Shown here: one piece after another, positions 17,591 through 25,899 of the stretch | How the letters are laid out: each line of letters begins with the position of its first letter | Numbering within the stretch: position 1 is the stretch's first letter | Assembly: GCA_017480565.1 (NCBI GenBank) | Contig: JAFVAL010000033.1 | Span: forward strand, 58,412 to 90,411 | Direction: 5' to 3' | DNA length: 32,000 nt | Source of the DNA: Lachnospiraceae bacterium | GTDB lineage: Bacteria > Bacillota > Clostridia > Lachnospirales > Lachnospiraceae | Position numbers and translations under genes: made by a program | The notes under the pieces: generated by a model | What the model was told of the DNA's origin: nothing | Database searches by the model: none | Seen by the model: only the letters and a program-made list of their open reading frames with translations

Positions 17591-19234
17591 TTAATTGTTC
17601 TTAAAGTATAAATCGATTCCGTTCGCAATTCCTTCTGCGATCTTATCCTGATAACTCTCTGTTCCCAGCTTCTTATCTTCGTCCGGATTGCTCATATAGC
17701 CAACCTCCACAATCGTTACGGGTACCGTGCACCAGTTGATGCCGGTCATCGTATCGGTCTCCCAGATGCCATTGTTCTTCGCACCGGTCGCCTTGGCAAG
17801 CTCGTCTACCACAGCCTTGGAGAGCGCCTGGCTCTTGCTGTAGAGGTTCGCATTCCAAGGGTTCTTCTTTGTCTGGCAGATCGTCATGCAGCCATGCACA
17901 GAAGTATTTTCAGAACCGTCTGCGTGGATTCGGATAAATGCATCCGCGCCCGCTTGATTGGCAATCTCCGCGCGCTCTACGTTCGAAATGTTGACGTCGT
18001 GTGAGGTGCGGATCTGCTTGACCGTGTAGCCGCGGTCTTCCAGTATCTTCTGAAGCTTGAGTGCCAGAATCAGGTTCAGCTCGTATTCATTCAACTTGCT
18101 GTACTTGCCTGCCGTACCGGAGCTGACTTTCTTCTTCATCTCGGAAGAGCCAGGTCCTAACGGCTCCTTATCGGTGTTCGCCTTTCTCTGATGCCCCGCA
18201 TCGATCACAATGAGCTTGCCCTTGCTGCTGCCGGAAGAACTGCTGCCACCGGCATTGTCATTCCCGGAGTCATTGCTAGAGCCGCCGCTGGTTCCGTCAG
18301 AGATTCTCACATAATCACCGCTCACATAGCCGGTGATGGTCTGTCCGTTTCTCGTAAAGCTGACCTGATACCAGGTGGTGCTGCCGACCTTTTTGGAGCC
18401 GATGATCTTCACCGTCGCATCCTTGGAGAGCTGCACCTTGGCGCCGTTCTGCTTCATGACCGGATTGCTCGTGCCATAGCCGGTGCGCACATTTAACGGA
18501 CCGCCGGTCACGACGCCGGTCTTGTTCTCTGTGGTCTCAGCCCCGGAAGCTCCCTGATTCGAGCCATCGCTTGTTCCGGGACCGGAATCCGAACCCGAAC
18601 CGCCGGTGCTGCCCGTACTGCCTACCTCAACCTTCAGATATTGGCCGGAGACATAACCCGTGATGGTGCTCCCATTTCTCGTAAATACAACCTTATACCA
18701 GGTCACACCTCCCACGGTCTTCGGGTCCGAAGCCGTCACCTTGGTCCCCTTGGCAAGCTGCACCTTGGCGCCATTTTGCTTCATCACCGCGTTGCTCGTG
18801 CCATAGCCCGTACGCACATTTAACGGACCCGCCGTGACCGTCGCATTCGTGCCGGATGAGGTCTGACCGGAGCCGCCGCTCGTTCCGCCGCTGCTGCCTC
18901 CACTCGTGCTCACCGTGACATAATCCCCGCACACATAGCCGGTATAACTGCTGCCGCTCTTGGTAAATGTCACCTTGTACCATGTCTTGCCGGAGACCGT
19001 CTTCGTCTCCTGGATACTCACTGTATTGCCTTTATAAAGCTGCACCTTGCTCCCGCCGGATTTCAATACCGCATAGCTCGTGCCCCAGCCCGTACGGACA
19101 TTGAGCGGTTCTGCATTGACGGTACCACTCTTGGCCTCCGCGGACACAGATGCACTGTGAAGAAAAGCACAAAAAAGCACTGCCATTGCAAACAGCAGGA
19201 TCATTCCACATCGTTTTCTCTGCATAACTCCCAC
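17591..19234 (-). CDS. Secreted N-acetylmuramoyl-L-alanine amidase (amidase_3 type) with three N-terminal SH3b domains
   Basis: It has a signal peptide and three ~71-aa SH3b repeats (PLNVRTGxGTS...WYKVxF...GYVxGxYV) separated by G/S linkers. The C-terminal domain (VIDAGHQ...IRIHADG...VEVGYMSNPDE) is typical of CwlD/AmiC-like amidase_3. The start is GTG. Confidence 0.85.
   Translation of the reverse strand: MGVMQRKRCGMILLFAMAVLFCAFLHSASVSAEAKSGTVNAEPLNVRTGWGTSYAVLKSGGSKVQLYKGNTVSIQETKTVSGKTWYKVTFTKSGSSYTGYVCGDYVTVSTSGGSSGGTSGGSGQTSSGTNATVTAGPLNVRTGYGTSNAVMKQNGAKVQLAKGTKVTASDPKTVGGVTWYKVVFTRNGSTITGYVSGQYLKVEVGSTGSTGGSGSDSGPGTSDGSNQGASGAETTENKTGVVTGGPLNVRTGYGTSNPVMKQNGAKVQLSKDATVKIIGSKKVGSTTWYQVSFTRNGQTITGYVSGDYVRISDGTSGGSSNDSGNDNAGGSSSSGSSKGKLIVIDAGHQRKANTDKEPLGPGSSEMKKKVSSGTAGKYSKLNEYELNLILALKLQKILEDRGYTVKQIRTSHDVNISNVERAEIANQAGADAFIRIHADGSENTSVHGCMTICQTKKNPWNANLYSKSQALSKAVVDELAKATGAKNNGIWETDTMTGINWCTVPVTIVEVGYMSNPDEDKKLGTESYQDKIAEGIANGIDLYFKNN
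18302..19123 (-). repeat. Three tandem SH3b-coding repeat units (about 213 nt each, plus G/S-linker low complexity)
   Basis: The units are at 18911-19123, 18629-18841 and 18302-18514. Units 2 and 3 are clearly similar at the DNA level too (GGACC/GGGCCGTTAAATGTGCGCAC/TACGGG... seen on the + strand). Confidence 0.7.
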
Positions 19235-19286
19235 CTTGTTTATTTTGATGAAACTGTTATTATTTCTATCTATAACTACTCTATAA

Positions 19287-19325
19287 ATTATAACAGCCTG
19301 TCTTCACTTTGGCAAGACAGGCTGT
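19287..19325 (-). promoter_or_regulatory. 12-bp-stem hairpin that also contains a near-consensus promoter for the amidase gene
   Basis: ACAGCCTGTCTT / AAGACAGGCTGT stem at 19293-19325. On the minus strand: TTGCCA (19315-19310), 17-nt spacer, TATAAT (19292-19287). Confidence 0.45.
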
Positions 19326-19450
19326 TTCGTCAAATTCTTATGTAATTATGAAAAATGTCAATTCAGTTTCAAAAACTTCCCAGCACATACAGACTTTCTT
19401 TCGGCGTCCGCTCCATCGTCTCACGGTCCCGATCGTTGATGTTGATCGGA

Positions 19451-21709
19451 TTACAATACTACTGTATAGTGGTATTCTCCCGCTGCAACCTCGTGGGGCT
19501 CTCCGTTCGGCAGAACGATCGTCGCTGCCATCGGAACCTTTATGTCAAATGTAAGCTTCTTGTCTTCATACGCCCAAGCGCTCACGATCTCTCCGATTGG
19601 AGCCTTCCATTCCGCTCTCGCGTGTCCAAGTTCTTTCCCTGGCATCGGTGCGATGGTAAGCTTTCCTTCGGACAAATGAATCCCGCACACACCGCCAAAA
19701 AGCCATCCAACCACGGCCCCGTACGAATAATGGTTGAGCGAGTCGTGGACGGTACCGTCTTCTTTGACGCCGTCCCAGGTCTCCCAGATCGTCGTCGCCC
19801 CTTTCTTCACCTCGTAGAGCCAGCCGGGGCAGGTATCCTGAAGGAGCAGCCGGTACGCGGTATCGGCATAACCATTTTCTGCCAGCACCCGGCACAGATC
19901 CGGCGTCGATAAAAAGCCGGTGTTAAGATGATAGCCGTTTTCTGCAACCAACTGGTTTAGCTTAGCCGCAGCCGCAGGAATCTCCTCCCCTTCCAGCAAA
20001 CCGAAGGCAAGGGGTCTGACATACTCGCACTGGCGCTTTGAATGAATCTCCCCGTTCTTCAGGCAGCAGCGGCGGTAAGCATTCCTCGCGCCAAGCGCGG
20101 TCTTCTCATACTCCTTCGCATCCTCTTCCTTGCCAAGGATTCTTGCAATCTTTGTCATCAAAGAGGCACTTCGGTAATAATAGGCCGTCGCAACCTCCGG
20201 CGCACCGCTCATCATGGTCTTTTTCATCGCCTCGGTGTTGTCCACGTCCGGCTGGCACCATTCGCCGAAATGAAATCCTTCGTCCACCAGGTATTTGTGG
20301 TAGGGGTTAAGCAGATTGTGCGGCCTGGTTTTTGCGGCACGCTTTCCGACAAACCGCATCCAGCCCTGCATCATCTCGTAGTTTTCTTCCAGGATCTTCG
20401 CATCTGCGTAAGCCTCATAGAGCGCCCAAGGCACCAAGATGCAGGCATCTCCCCAGCCGGCAGAGCCCTGCAGCATATTGGAAATCATGCCGCCCTTGTT
20501 GTTGACCGGGGCAATGTTTTGCACGAGGCCATCCTCGCCCTGCGCCAGCCTGCACTCGCCGAGCCATTTGCGAAATACCGGCAGACAATCCGCCAGATAC
20601 ACCGCCGTCGGTGCAAATGCGCCCGCGTCCCCGGTCCAGCCGGCCCGCTCTCTCGTCGGGCAGTCCGTCGGAATGTCGCAGAAATTCGATCTCATGCTCC
20701 AAAGACTGTTGAGAAACAGCCGGTTGACGTCTTCATTTGCACAGGTAAAATACCCGGTCTGGGGCATCTTCGAGTAGACTGCGACCGCAGAAAAGGATGC
20801 CCCGGAAAGATCAATATCGGTCTCAAGAAGCGCGTAGCGGAACCCGAAGATCGCAAACGAAGGGTGATAGACATTCCGTCCTTCCTTGCAAATGTAAGTG
20901 ATCTTCTGCGGGATCCCGCCGTTTTTGTTGCGGTCACCCGGGTCAAAGTTCTTCTGCGTAAAGTTTCCGTTTTCATCGAGCGTCTCTCCATGCCAGAGGG
21001 TGATCTTCTGGCCTTCCTTCGCCTGCACACAAAGCTCGGTATATCCGGCCAGATTCTGCCCGAAATCAATCACCGTCTGTCCGTTAGGCGTCACGATGAG
21101 CTTGCCCTCAAATCTCTCCTGCGCAAGGATCGGTACGCCCGTATCCGCCGCCAGATTCTCGTATCCAAACGTCCGTACTTTCACGCCGTGCCAGCCCACA
21201 AGCGCTTCCCTGCGCGCATCGTAGGTCTCGCCCTGCTGCAGATCATTTTCGCGAGTCGGGCCTTCGCTTGTCGCCTCCCAGCTCTCATCGCTGGCAAGCA
21301 AGACCTCATCCTCTGTCTCCAGCTGGCATAAAAGTGCAAGGTCCTCTCCGTAATAGTTGCGCAGACCGTCGATTCCGACACTGCCGCGATACCAACCGTC
21401 GCCCAGCGTCACCGTGATCTCATTATCTCCTTCCACGAGGAACTTCGTCACATCATAACGCTGCACAAACAGGCGCTTGTGATAATCGCCGGTTCCAGGC
21501 GCAAGCTCAAACGCTCCGACGCGCGTCCCGTTGATTCTTGCCACATAAAGTCCGTGACAGGTGATAAAAAGTGTCGCGTGTTCCGGCTGATCCAGGACAA
21601 ATCTCTTCCTCAAGACAGCCGCAGGCTGTCGTTCTTCCGGCGCATGAACAAGCTCCGGGTCAATCCATTTTGCCTCCCATCTTACCGGAAGGCCTCCCTC
21701 TTTACTCAT
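19451..21709 (-). CDS. Alpha-L-rhamnosidase, glycoside hydrolase family 78
   Basis: The N-domain pattern (LRKRFVLD...YVARINGTRVG), the catalytic-domain signature DCPTRERAGWTGDA and the six-hairpin region are GH78-like. I chose the ATG at 21709 because AAGGAG lies 8 nt upstream; the track start at 21718 is GTG. Confidence 0.8.
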   Translation of the reverse strand: MSKEGGLPVRWEAKWIDPELVHAPEERQPAAVLRKRFVLDQPEHATLFITCHGLYVARINGTRVGAFELAPGTGDYHKRLFVQRYDVTKFLVEGDNEITVTLGDGWYRGSVGIDGLRNYYGEDLALLCQLETEDEVLLASDESWEATSEGPTRENDLQQGETYDARREALVGWHGVKVRTFGYENLAADTGVPILAQERFEGKLIVTPNGQTVIDFGQNLAGYTELCVQAKEGQKITLWHGETLDENGNFTQKNFDPGDRNKNGGIPQKITYICKEGRNVYHPSFAIFGFRYALLETDIDLSGASFSAVAVYSKMPQTGYFTCANEDVNRLFLNSLWSMRSNFCDIPTDCPTRERAGWTGDAGAFAPTAVYLADCLPVFRKWLGECRLAQGEDGLVQNIAPVNNKGGMISNMLQGSAGWGDACILVPWALYEAYADAKILEENYEMMQGWMRFVGKRAAKTRPHNLLNPYHKYLVDEGFHFGEWCQPDVDNTEAMKKTMMSGAPEVATAYYYRSASLMTKIARILGKEEDAKEYEKTALGARNAYRRCCLKNGEIHSKRQCEYVRPLAFGLLEGEEIPAAAAKLNQLVAENGYHLNTGFLSTPDLCRVLAENGYADTAYRLLLQDTCPGWLYEVKKGATTIWETWDGVKEDGTVHDSLNHYSYGAVVGWLFGGVCGIHLSEGKLTIAPMPGKELGHARAEWKAPIGEIVSAWAYEDKKLTFDIKVPMAATIVLPNGEPHEVAAGEYHYTVVL

Positions 21710-21867
21710 CGAAAGCACTCCTTCTTCTGTGAAATTGTCTTCTGCTTAGGATAATTATATTTTAAAGGGGCGGGGTCTTGGCGTAAACGCAAAACTTCCG
21801 AAAAAATGACAATTATTCCAGATCTTTGTTTGAAAACCAAAAACAGTCATCGGGCGGCACTGTCCCA

Positions 21868-21896
21868 TTGACATCGCACGCGAAGGTGCGTATAAT
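21868..21896 (+). promoter_or_regulatory. Consensus sigma-A promoter for the MATE gene
   Basis: TTGACA (21868-21873), 17-nt spacer containing the inverted repeat CGCAC-gcgaag-GTGCG, TATAAT (21891-21896). Confidence 0.6.
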
Positions 21897-21946
21897 CAGG
21901 AACGCATCTTACAAGAATGATCATCAGATATATCAAGGAGATTTCC

Positions 21947-23341
21947 ATGTCAGAACATACACCCTCCGACACCTATGCCGAACACTCCGCCATCGAAGAG
22001 ATCCGCGAAGAAAATAAGATGGGCTACGCGCCCATCACGAAACTCATTTTTTCCATGTCGCTTCCCATCATGATCTCCATGTTGGTGCAAGCCCTCTACA
22101 ACATCGTTGACTCGATCTTCGTCTCACGTCTGGGCGAGGACGCCCTCTCGGCCGTCTCCCTTGCCTTCCCGGTCCAAAACATCATGATCGCGGTCGGTAC
22201 AGGTACCGCCGTCGGTGTCAACGCGGTCTTATCCCGCGCACTCGGCGAGAAGAACTATAAGATGGCCAACAAAGCTGCCAACAACGCTCTGTTCTTGGCG
22301 GTTTGCTCCACTTTGGTTTTCGTGATCTTCGGCTTGTTCTTTACCAGACCGTATTTTGAAGCACTCACGGACATTCAGACCATCATCGATTACGGTGTGG
22401 AGTACACCGAGATCGTCACCGTCGTCTCGATCGGCCTCTTTGGCGCGATCATGTGCGAGCGACTCTTAACCTCGACCGGCCGCACCATTTACACTATGGT
22501 AACACAGCTCACCGGCGCCATCACCAACATCATCCTCGACCCGATCCTGATCTTCGGCTACTTCGGTTTCCCGAAACTCGGCATGGCAGGCGCAGCGATT
22601 GCAACCGTCGCCGGACAGATTCTGGCAACCATCTTAGGTCTCATTTTAAATATCCGCTTAAACCACGAGATCAAACTGAGTGTGAAAGAAATGAAGCCGG
22701 ACGGGCACATCATCGGCCGCATTTACCAGGTCGGCGTTCCCTCAATCGTCATGGCTTCGATCGGTTCGGTCATGAACTTCTTCATGAACAAGATCCTGCT
22801 TGGCTTTACCTCGACCGCAACCGCGGTCTTCGGCGCATATTTCAAGCTGCAGAGCTTCGTCTTTATGCCCGTGTTCGGCATGAACAACGGTGTCGTCCCA
22901 ATCGTCGCCTACAACTACGGTGCGAGAAACAAAGACCGTATCATCGAAACACGTCGCAAGGCGATCATTTATGCAATGGCTTTGATGTTGGTCGGCTTCG
23001 CGGTCTTCCAACTGATCCCGCAGGTACTCCTTGGCATGTTCAATCCTTCCGAGGAAATGCTTCGCATCGGCGTTCCCGCCATGCGCGCCATCAGCTATTC
23101 CTTCCTGCTCGCAGCCTTTTCGATCGTCACGATCTCGGTCTGCCAGGCACTCGGAAAAGGCACCTACGGCTTGTATCTGTCGTTGATCCGTCAGCTCTTT
23201 GTCCTGCTGCCGGCGGCCTGGCTGCTGTCTAAGACCGGAAACTTAAACCTGGTCTGGCTCGCCTTCCCGATTGCGGAATTGGCTGCACTGCTGCTAAGCA
23301 TCTACTTTAACAAAAGAGTCATGAAAGTGATTGAGATATAG
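21947..23341 (+). CDS. MATE family efflux transporter
   Basis: 12-TM protein with the MATE N-terminal signature LPIMISMLVQALYNIVDSIFVSRLGEDALSAV. The start at 21947 follows AAGGAG. Confidence 0.9.
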   Translation: MSEHTPSDTYAEHSAIEEIREENKMGYAPITKLIFSMSLPIMISMLVQALYNIVDSIFVSRLGEDALSAVSLAFPVQNIMIAVGTGTAVGVNAVLSRALGEKNYKMANKAANNALFLAVCSTLVFVIFGLFFTRPYFEALTDIQTIIDYGVEYTEIVTVVSIGLFGAIMCERLLTSTGRTIYTMVTQLTGAITNIILDPILIFGYFGFPKLGMAGAAIATVAGQILATILGLILNIRLNHEIKLSVKEMKPDGHIIGRIYQVGVPSIVMASIGSVMNFFMNKILLGFTSTATAVFGAYFKLQSFVFMPVFGMNNGVVPIVAYNYGARNKDRIIETRRKAIIYAMALMLVGFAVFQLIPQVLLGMFNPSEEMLRIGVPAMRAISYSFLLAAFSIVTISVCQALGKGTYGLYLSLIRQLFVLLPAAWLLSKTGNLNLVWLAFPIAELAALLLSIYFNKRVMKVIEI

Positions 23342-23348
23342 TATAAAC

Positions 23349-23384
23349 GCACGAACGGCTGTCCTCACGGACAGCCGCTTTTTA
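23349..23384 (+). repeat. Copy A of a perfect 36-bp direct repeat, which is also the terminator hairpin after the MATE gene
   Basis: GCACGAACGGCTGTCCTCACGGACAGCCGCTTTTTA has a 9-bp stem CGGCTGTCC/GGACAGCCG, loop TCAC, then CTTTTT. It is identical to 25030-25065. Confidence 0.9.
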
Positions 23385-23393
23385 TTTTATATA

Positions 23394-24671
23394 TCAAATC
23401 ATACGCCTATAAGCGCCCGTCTGCAAGATGGCTTCTTTCACCTTCCCGGCATTTTGAAAGCCCTGTTCTGACATTTCCTCAGCGGCTTCCGTAACAGATT
23501 GCTCAAACCTATCACAAATCTGATCAAATCTTCGCAGTGCAAATCTGGTGCCCATTCCGCTTTCCTCTGCTGCCTCCTCTAGATCCTCGCGCGTCACCTC
23601 ATCAATGGAAGTGTGATCCCCGATATGAAACGCCATTTCTCTCGTACTGCTTGGATACATCGTGGTACACAGCAGGTCATAGGCCGGTGCTAAAGAATAG
23701 CCTGTTAAGTCAGGTGTGTAGACCAGTGCAAAGTTTTTAATGTGTGCATCCGTATTTCCCAGCAAAACATTAAAAACAATCCGGTCCCACAATCTCTGTT
23801 GGTCGATCATCGGTGCAAGCGATCCTTCCCTAAGCAGCCTGAACATCCTTGCAAGATAATGCTCCCCTGCCGGTTCATATTTTCTGGAAGATGAAATCCC
23901 GAGCGCCTGCGCAAAATCCTCTTGGTGCAGTCTAAGTGGAATCGGTAGGTCTCCACAGAACTTCGGTGCATCTGAAAACACTCTGTCAAATCTCTTTGTT
24001 GCAAACAGATAGGTGTCATCGATCCCTGTATCTGCTTCCAAAATGAAACTATCTGGCACCTCTATGCCCAGTCTAGCAGCAGCCCTCAAGGACATCGTTT
24101 CATTTACAACAATATCATGTAATCTGACATGACTTTGCTTTACAATGTGCGTACTAGGGGCGGTTCCTTTCGGAAGATACCACGCACCTTCCTTCTCCTC
24201 AAAATAAAGCCCTACTTTCCCCGAAGCGCCTGTCAAAGACAAATGTGTCTTCATCAGCACCTCTGCCGATTTCATCGCACCTTCCTTCGCAAGTGCTTTG
24301 ATTTCCTCCATCGTCAGGCGTTCATAGGCCACTTCGGAGGGTTCCCCTGCGCTCACACGAATGGCTCCCAGACACTCTTTTCCCAACCCATACAGCAAGG
24401 ATAAGAAATCATATTCCGGAAGGTGCATCCGTTCTGCAACCGCTCTGCGCGTAAAGCCTTCCGGCAACAGGCCCTCAAAAAAACATCTTGTCTCTTCCTC
24501 AGAAAATGGCTCAGGTTTTAACGGCAGACTGACCGAAATCGCCTGTGCATCCGGAGATGATAAATACGCATCGTCATAGCAAAACACAGCCTGCTCGGCG
24601 CTTCCTTCCTTCAGAGAGCCGACAAGAACAGATTGTCCCGCAATCTCAAGAAACACCTCAAATGCTCTCAT
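23394..24671 (-). CDS. hipA: Type II toxin-antitoxin system HipA family Ser/Thr kinase toxin
   Basis: It has the N-terminal HipA coupling domain, the P-loop-like motif SLTGASGKVGL, the catalytic loop GNTDAHIKNF and Mg-binding APAYDLL. 425 aa. It starts 3 nt after the HTH gene stop. Confidence 0.9.
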   Translation of the reverse strand: MRAFEVFLEIAGQSVLVGSLKEGSAEQAVFCYDDAYLSSPDAQAISVSLPLKPEPFSEEETRCFFEGLLPEGFTRRAVAERMHLPEYDFLSLLYGLGKECLGAIRVSAGEPSEVAYERLTMEEIKALAKEGAMKSAEVLMKTHLSLTGASGKVGLYFEEKEGAWYLPKGTAPSTHIVKQSHVRLHDIVVNETMSLRAAARLGIEVPDSFILEADTGIDDTYLFATKRFDRVFSDAPKFCGDLPIPLRLHQEDFAQALGISSSRKYEPAGEHYLARMFRLLREGSLAPMIDQQRLWDRIVFNVLLGNTDAHIKNFALVYTPDLTGYSLAPAYDLLCTTMYPSSTREMAFHIGDHTSIDEVTREDLEEAAEESGMGTRFALRRFDQICDRFEQSVTEAAEEMSEQGFQNAGKVKEAILQTGAYRRMI

Positions 24672-24674
24672 AAC

Positions 24675-24893
24675 TTATCTCTTACCTCTCACATTCAGTT
24701 CCACATTCATTCCAAGCATATTTGCCAGATAGATCGCTTTTTCAAGCTCTGCGGTGCTTTTCCCTCTCTCCAGATCTGAGATAAAGCTCACGGAGAAGCC
24801 CGTGTGCTGCGCAACCATCGCCTGCGTATAGCCGAGCTCTTTTCTTCGTTTTCGGATCGTTTTGCCAAATGTTATCGCATCAAATACAATCAT
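24675..24893 (-). CDS. hipB: XRE-family helix-turn-helix antitoxin/repressor (HipB-like)
   Basis: HTH_3 pattern IRKRRKELGYTQAMVAQHTGFSVSFISDLERGK. I prefer the ATG at 24893, which has a GGAGAG SD, over the track TTG at 24905. It lies immediately upstream of hipA. Confidence 0.85.
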   Translation of the reverse strand: MIVFDAITFGKTIRKRRKELGYTQAMVAQHTGFSVSFISDLERGKSTAELEKAIYLANMLGMNVELNVRGKR

Positions 24894-24906
24894 ATCGCTC
24901 TCCAAA

Positions 24907-25006
24907 CTTCGCCGTACGGCTAAATATTAATTGCTTTGTCCAAGAATTCGCCGTACGGCTAAATTCTGTTTTCTTTATTATATTATGAGCCGTACGGCGA
25001 AGTCAA
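24907..25006 (-). promoter_or_regulatory. hipBA promoter with three phased palindromic operator candidates
   Basis: GCCGTACGGC occurs at 24911-24920, 24950-24959 and 24989-24998, exactly 39 bp apart, within a conserved TTCGCCGTACGGCT context (the third copy inverted). On the minus strand: TTGACT (25006-25001), 18-nt spacer containing box 3, TATAAT (24982-24977). Confidence 0.55.
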
Positions 25007-25029
25007 GTCTGAAATTCTTCGTCCAAAAT

Positions 25030-25065
25030 GCACGAACGGCTGTCCTCACGGACAGCCGCTTTTTA
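25030..25065 (+). repeat. Copy B of the perfect 36-bp direct repeat/terminator hairpin
   Basis: It is identical to 23349-23384. Its last 3 nt (TTA) are the TAA stop of the minus-strand TtcA-like gene. Confidence 0.9.
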
Positions 25066-25899
25066 ATATCTCTCCAAAAATGAATGGTCTTCTCCCTTTG
25101 ATTTATACCCGGGAAATGTATCGATGCATACCTGGTGCAGGCTGTTAAAGATGCTCGTCTCGATCTCAGGGTTGTCTCTCTTCAATCGCTTGATCAGCTG
25201 CTTGATCTCCTGGCGCTTGGAACCGCCACCGCCGTTATCACACGTCGTGCAGTTCTCCGTAAACCGACATGCACACTGGATGAACTCCAGATCATTGTAG
25301 TTCTTCCAGGCGATCACATTTTCCTCTAAAATGCAGTACATCGGGCGGATGAGCTCCATCCCTTCGAAATTCGTGCTGTGCAGCTTCGGCATCATCCCCT
25401 GCAGCTGGGATCCATAAAACATCGCCATGACGGTCGTCTCAATCACGTCGCTCTTATGGTGTCCGAGCGCGATTTTGTTGCAGCCAAGCTCCTTTGCCTT
25501 CGCATAGAGATTGCCCCGACGCATCCTGGCGCACAGATAACACGGGGACTGATCCGTCGCATTTGCCACCTCAAAGATGTTCGTCTCAAAGATTGTGATC
25601 GGGATGTGCAAAAGTGCTGCGTTGCTTTCGATTTTCTTGCGGTTGAGTTCATTGTATCCGGGGTCCATGACCAGGTACACCACCTCAAACGGCACCTCGC
25701 TGAACCGGTTTAACATCTGCATCAGCTTTGCCATCAGCATCGAGTCCTTGCCGCCGGAGATGCAGACCGCGATCTTGTCCCCTTCCTGCACCAGCTCGTA
25801 GCGCTTTACCGCCTGAATGAAAGGCGTCCACAGCTCTCTGCGAAACTTTTTAACGATGCTTCTTTCGATCAACTGATAAGGTTCTAACTCTCTGCTCAT
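25063..25899 (-). CDS. ttcA: TtcA-family PP-loop ATPase (tRNA 2-thiocytidine biosynthesis-type sulfurtransferase)
   Basis: PP-loop VCISGGKDS, Fe-S cysteines SPCYLCARMRRG, and a further C-terminal Cys cluster. The ATG at 25899 overlaps the upstream TGA (ATGA), which suggests translational coupling with the cysteine desulfurase. Confidence 0.7.
   Translation of the reverse strand: MSRELEPYQLIERSIVKKFRRELWTPFIQAVKRYELVQEGDKIAVCISGGKDSMLMAKLMQMLNRFSEVPFEVVYLVMDPGYNELNRKKIESNAALLHIPITIFETNIFEVANATDQSPCYLCARMRRGNLYAKAKELGCNKIALGHHKSDVIETTVMAMFYGSQLQGMMPKLHSTNFEGMELIRPMYCILEENVIAWKNYNDLEFIQCACRFTENCTTCDNGGGGSKRQEIKQLIKRLKRDNPEIETSIFNSLHQVCIDTFPGYKSKGEDHSFLERY

Noticed and set aside
20042-21331. A 429-aa ORF on the + strand, antisense to the GH78 gene
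   Set aside because: It lies entirely within a gene that has clear family motifs on the other strand. Its translation is Arg/Pro/Leu/His-rich low complexity with no recognisable domain, and it has no SD. Long antisense frames are expected at this GC content and codon bias.
22453-23232. A 259-aa alternative-frame ORF inside the MATE gene, and a 219-aa ORF at 9163-9822 on the minus strand
   Set aside because: Both are Arg/His/Pro-rich frames overlapping genes with good membrane-protein signatures, and neither has independent start signals.
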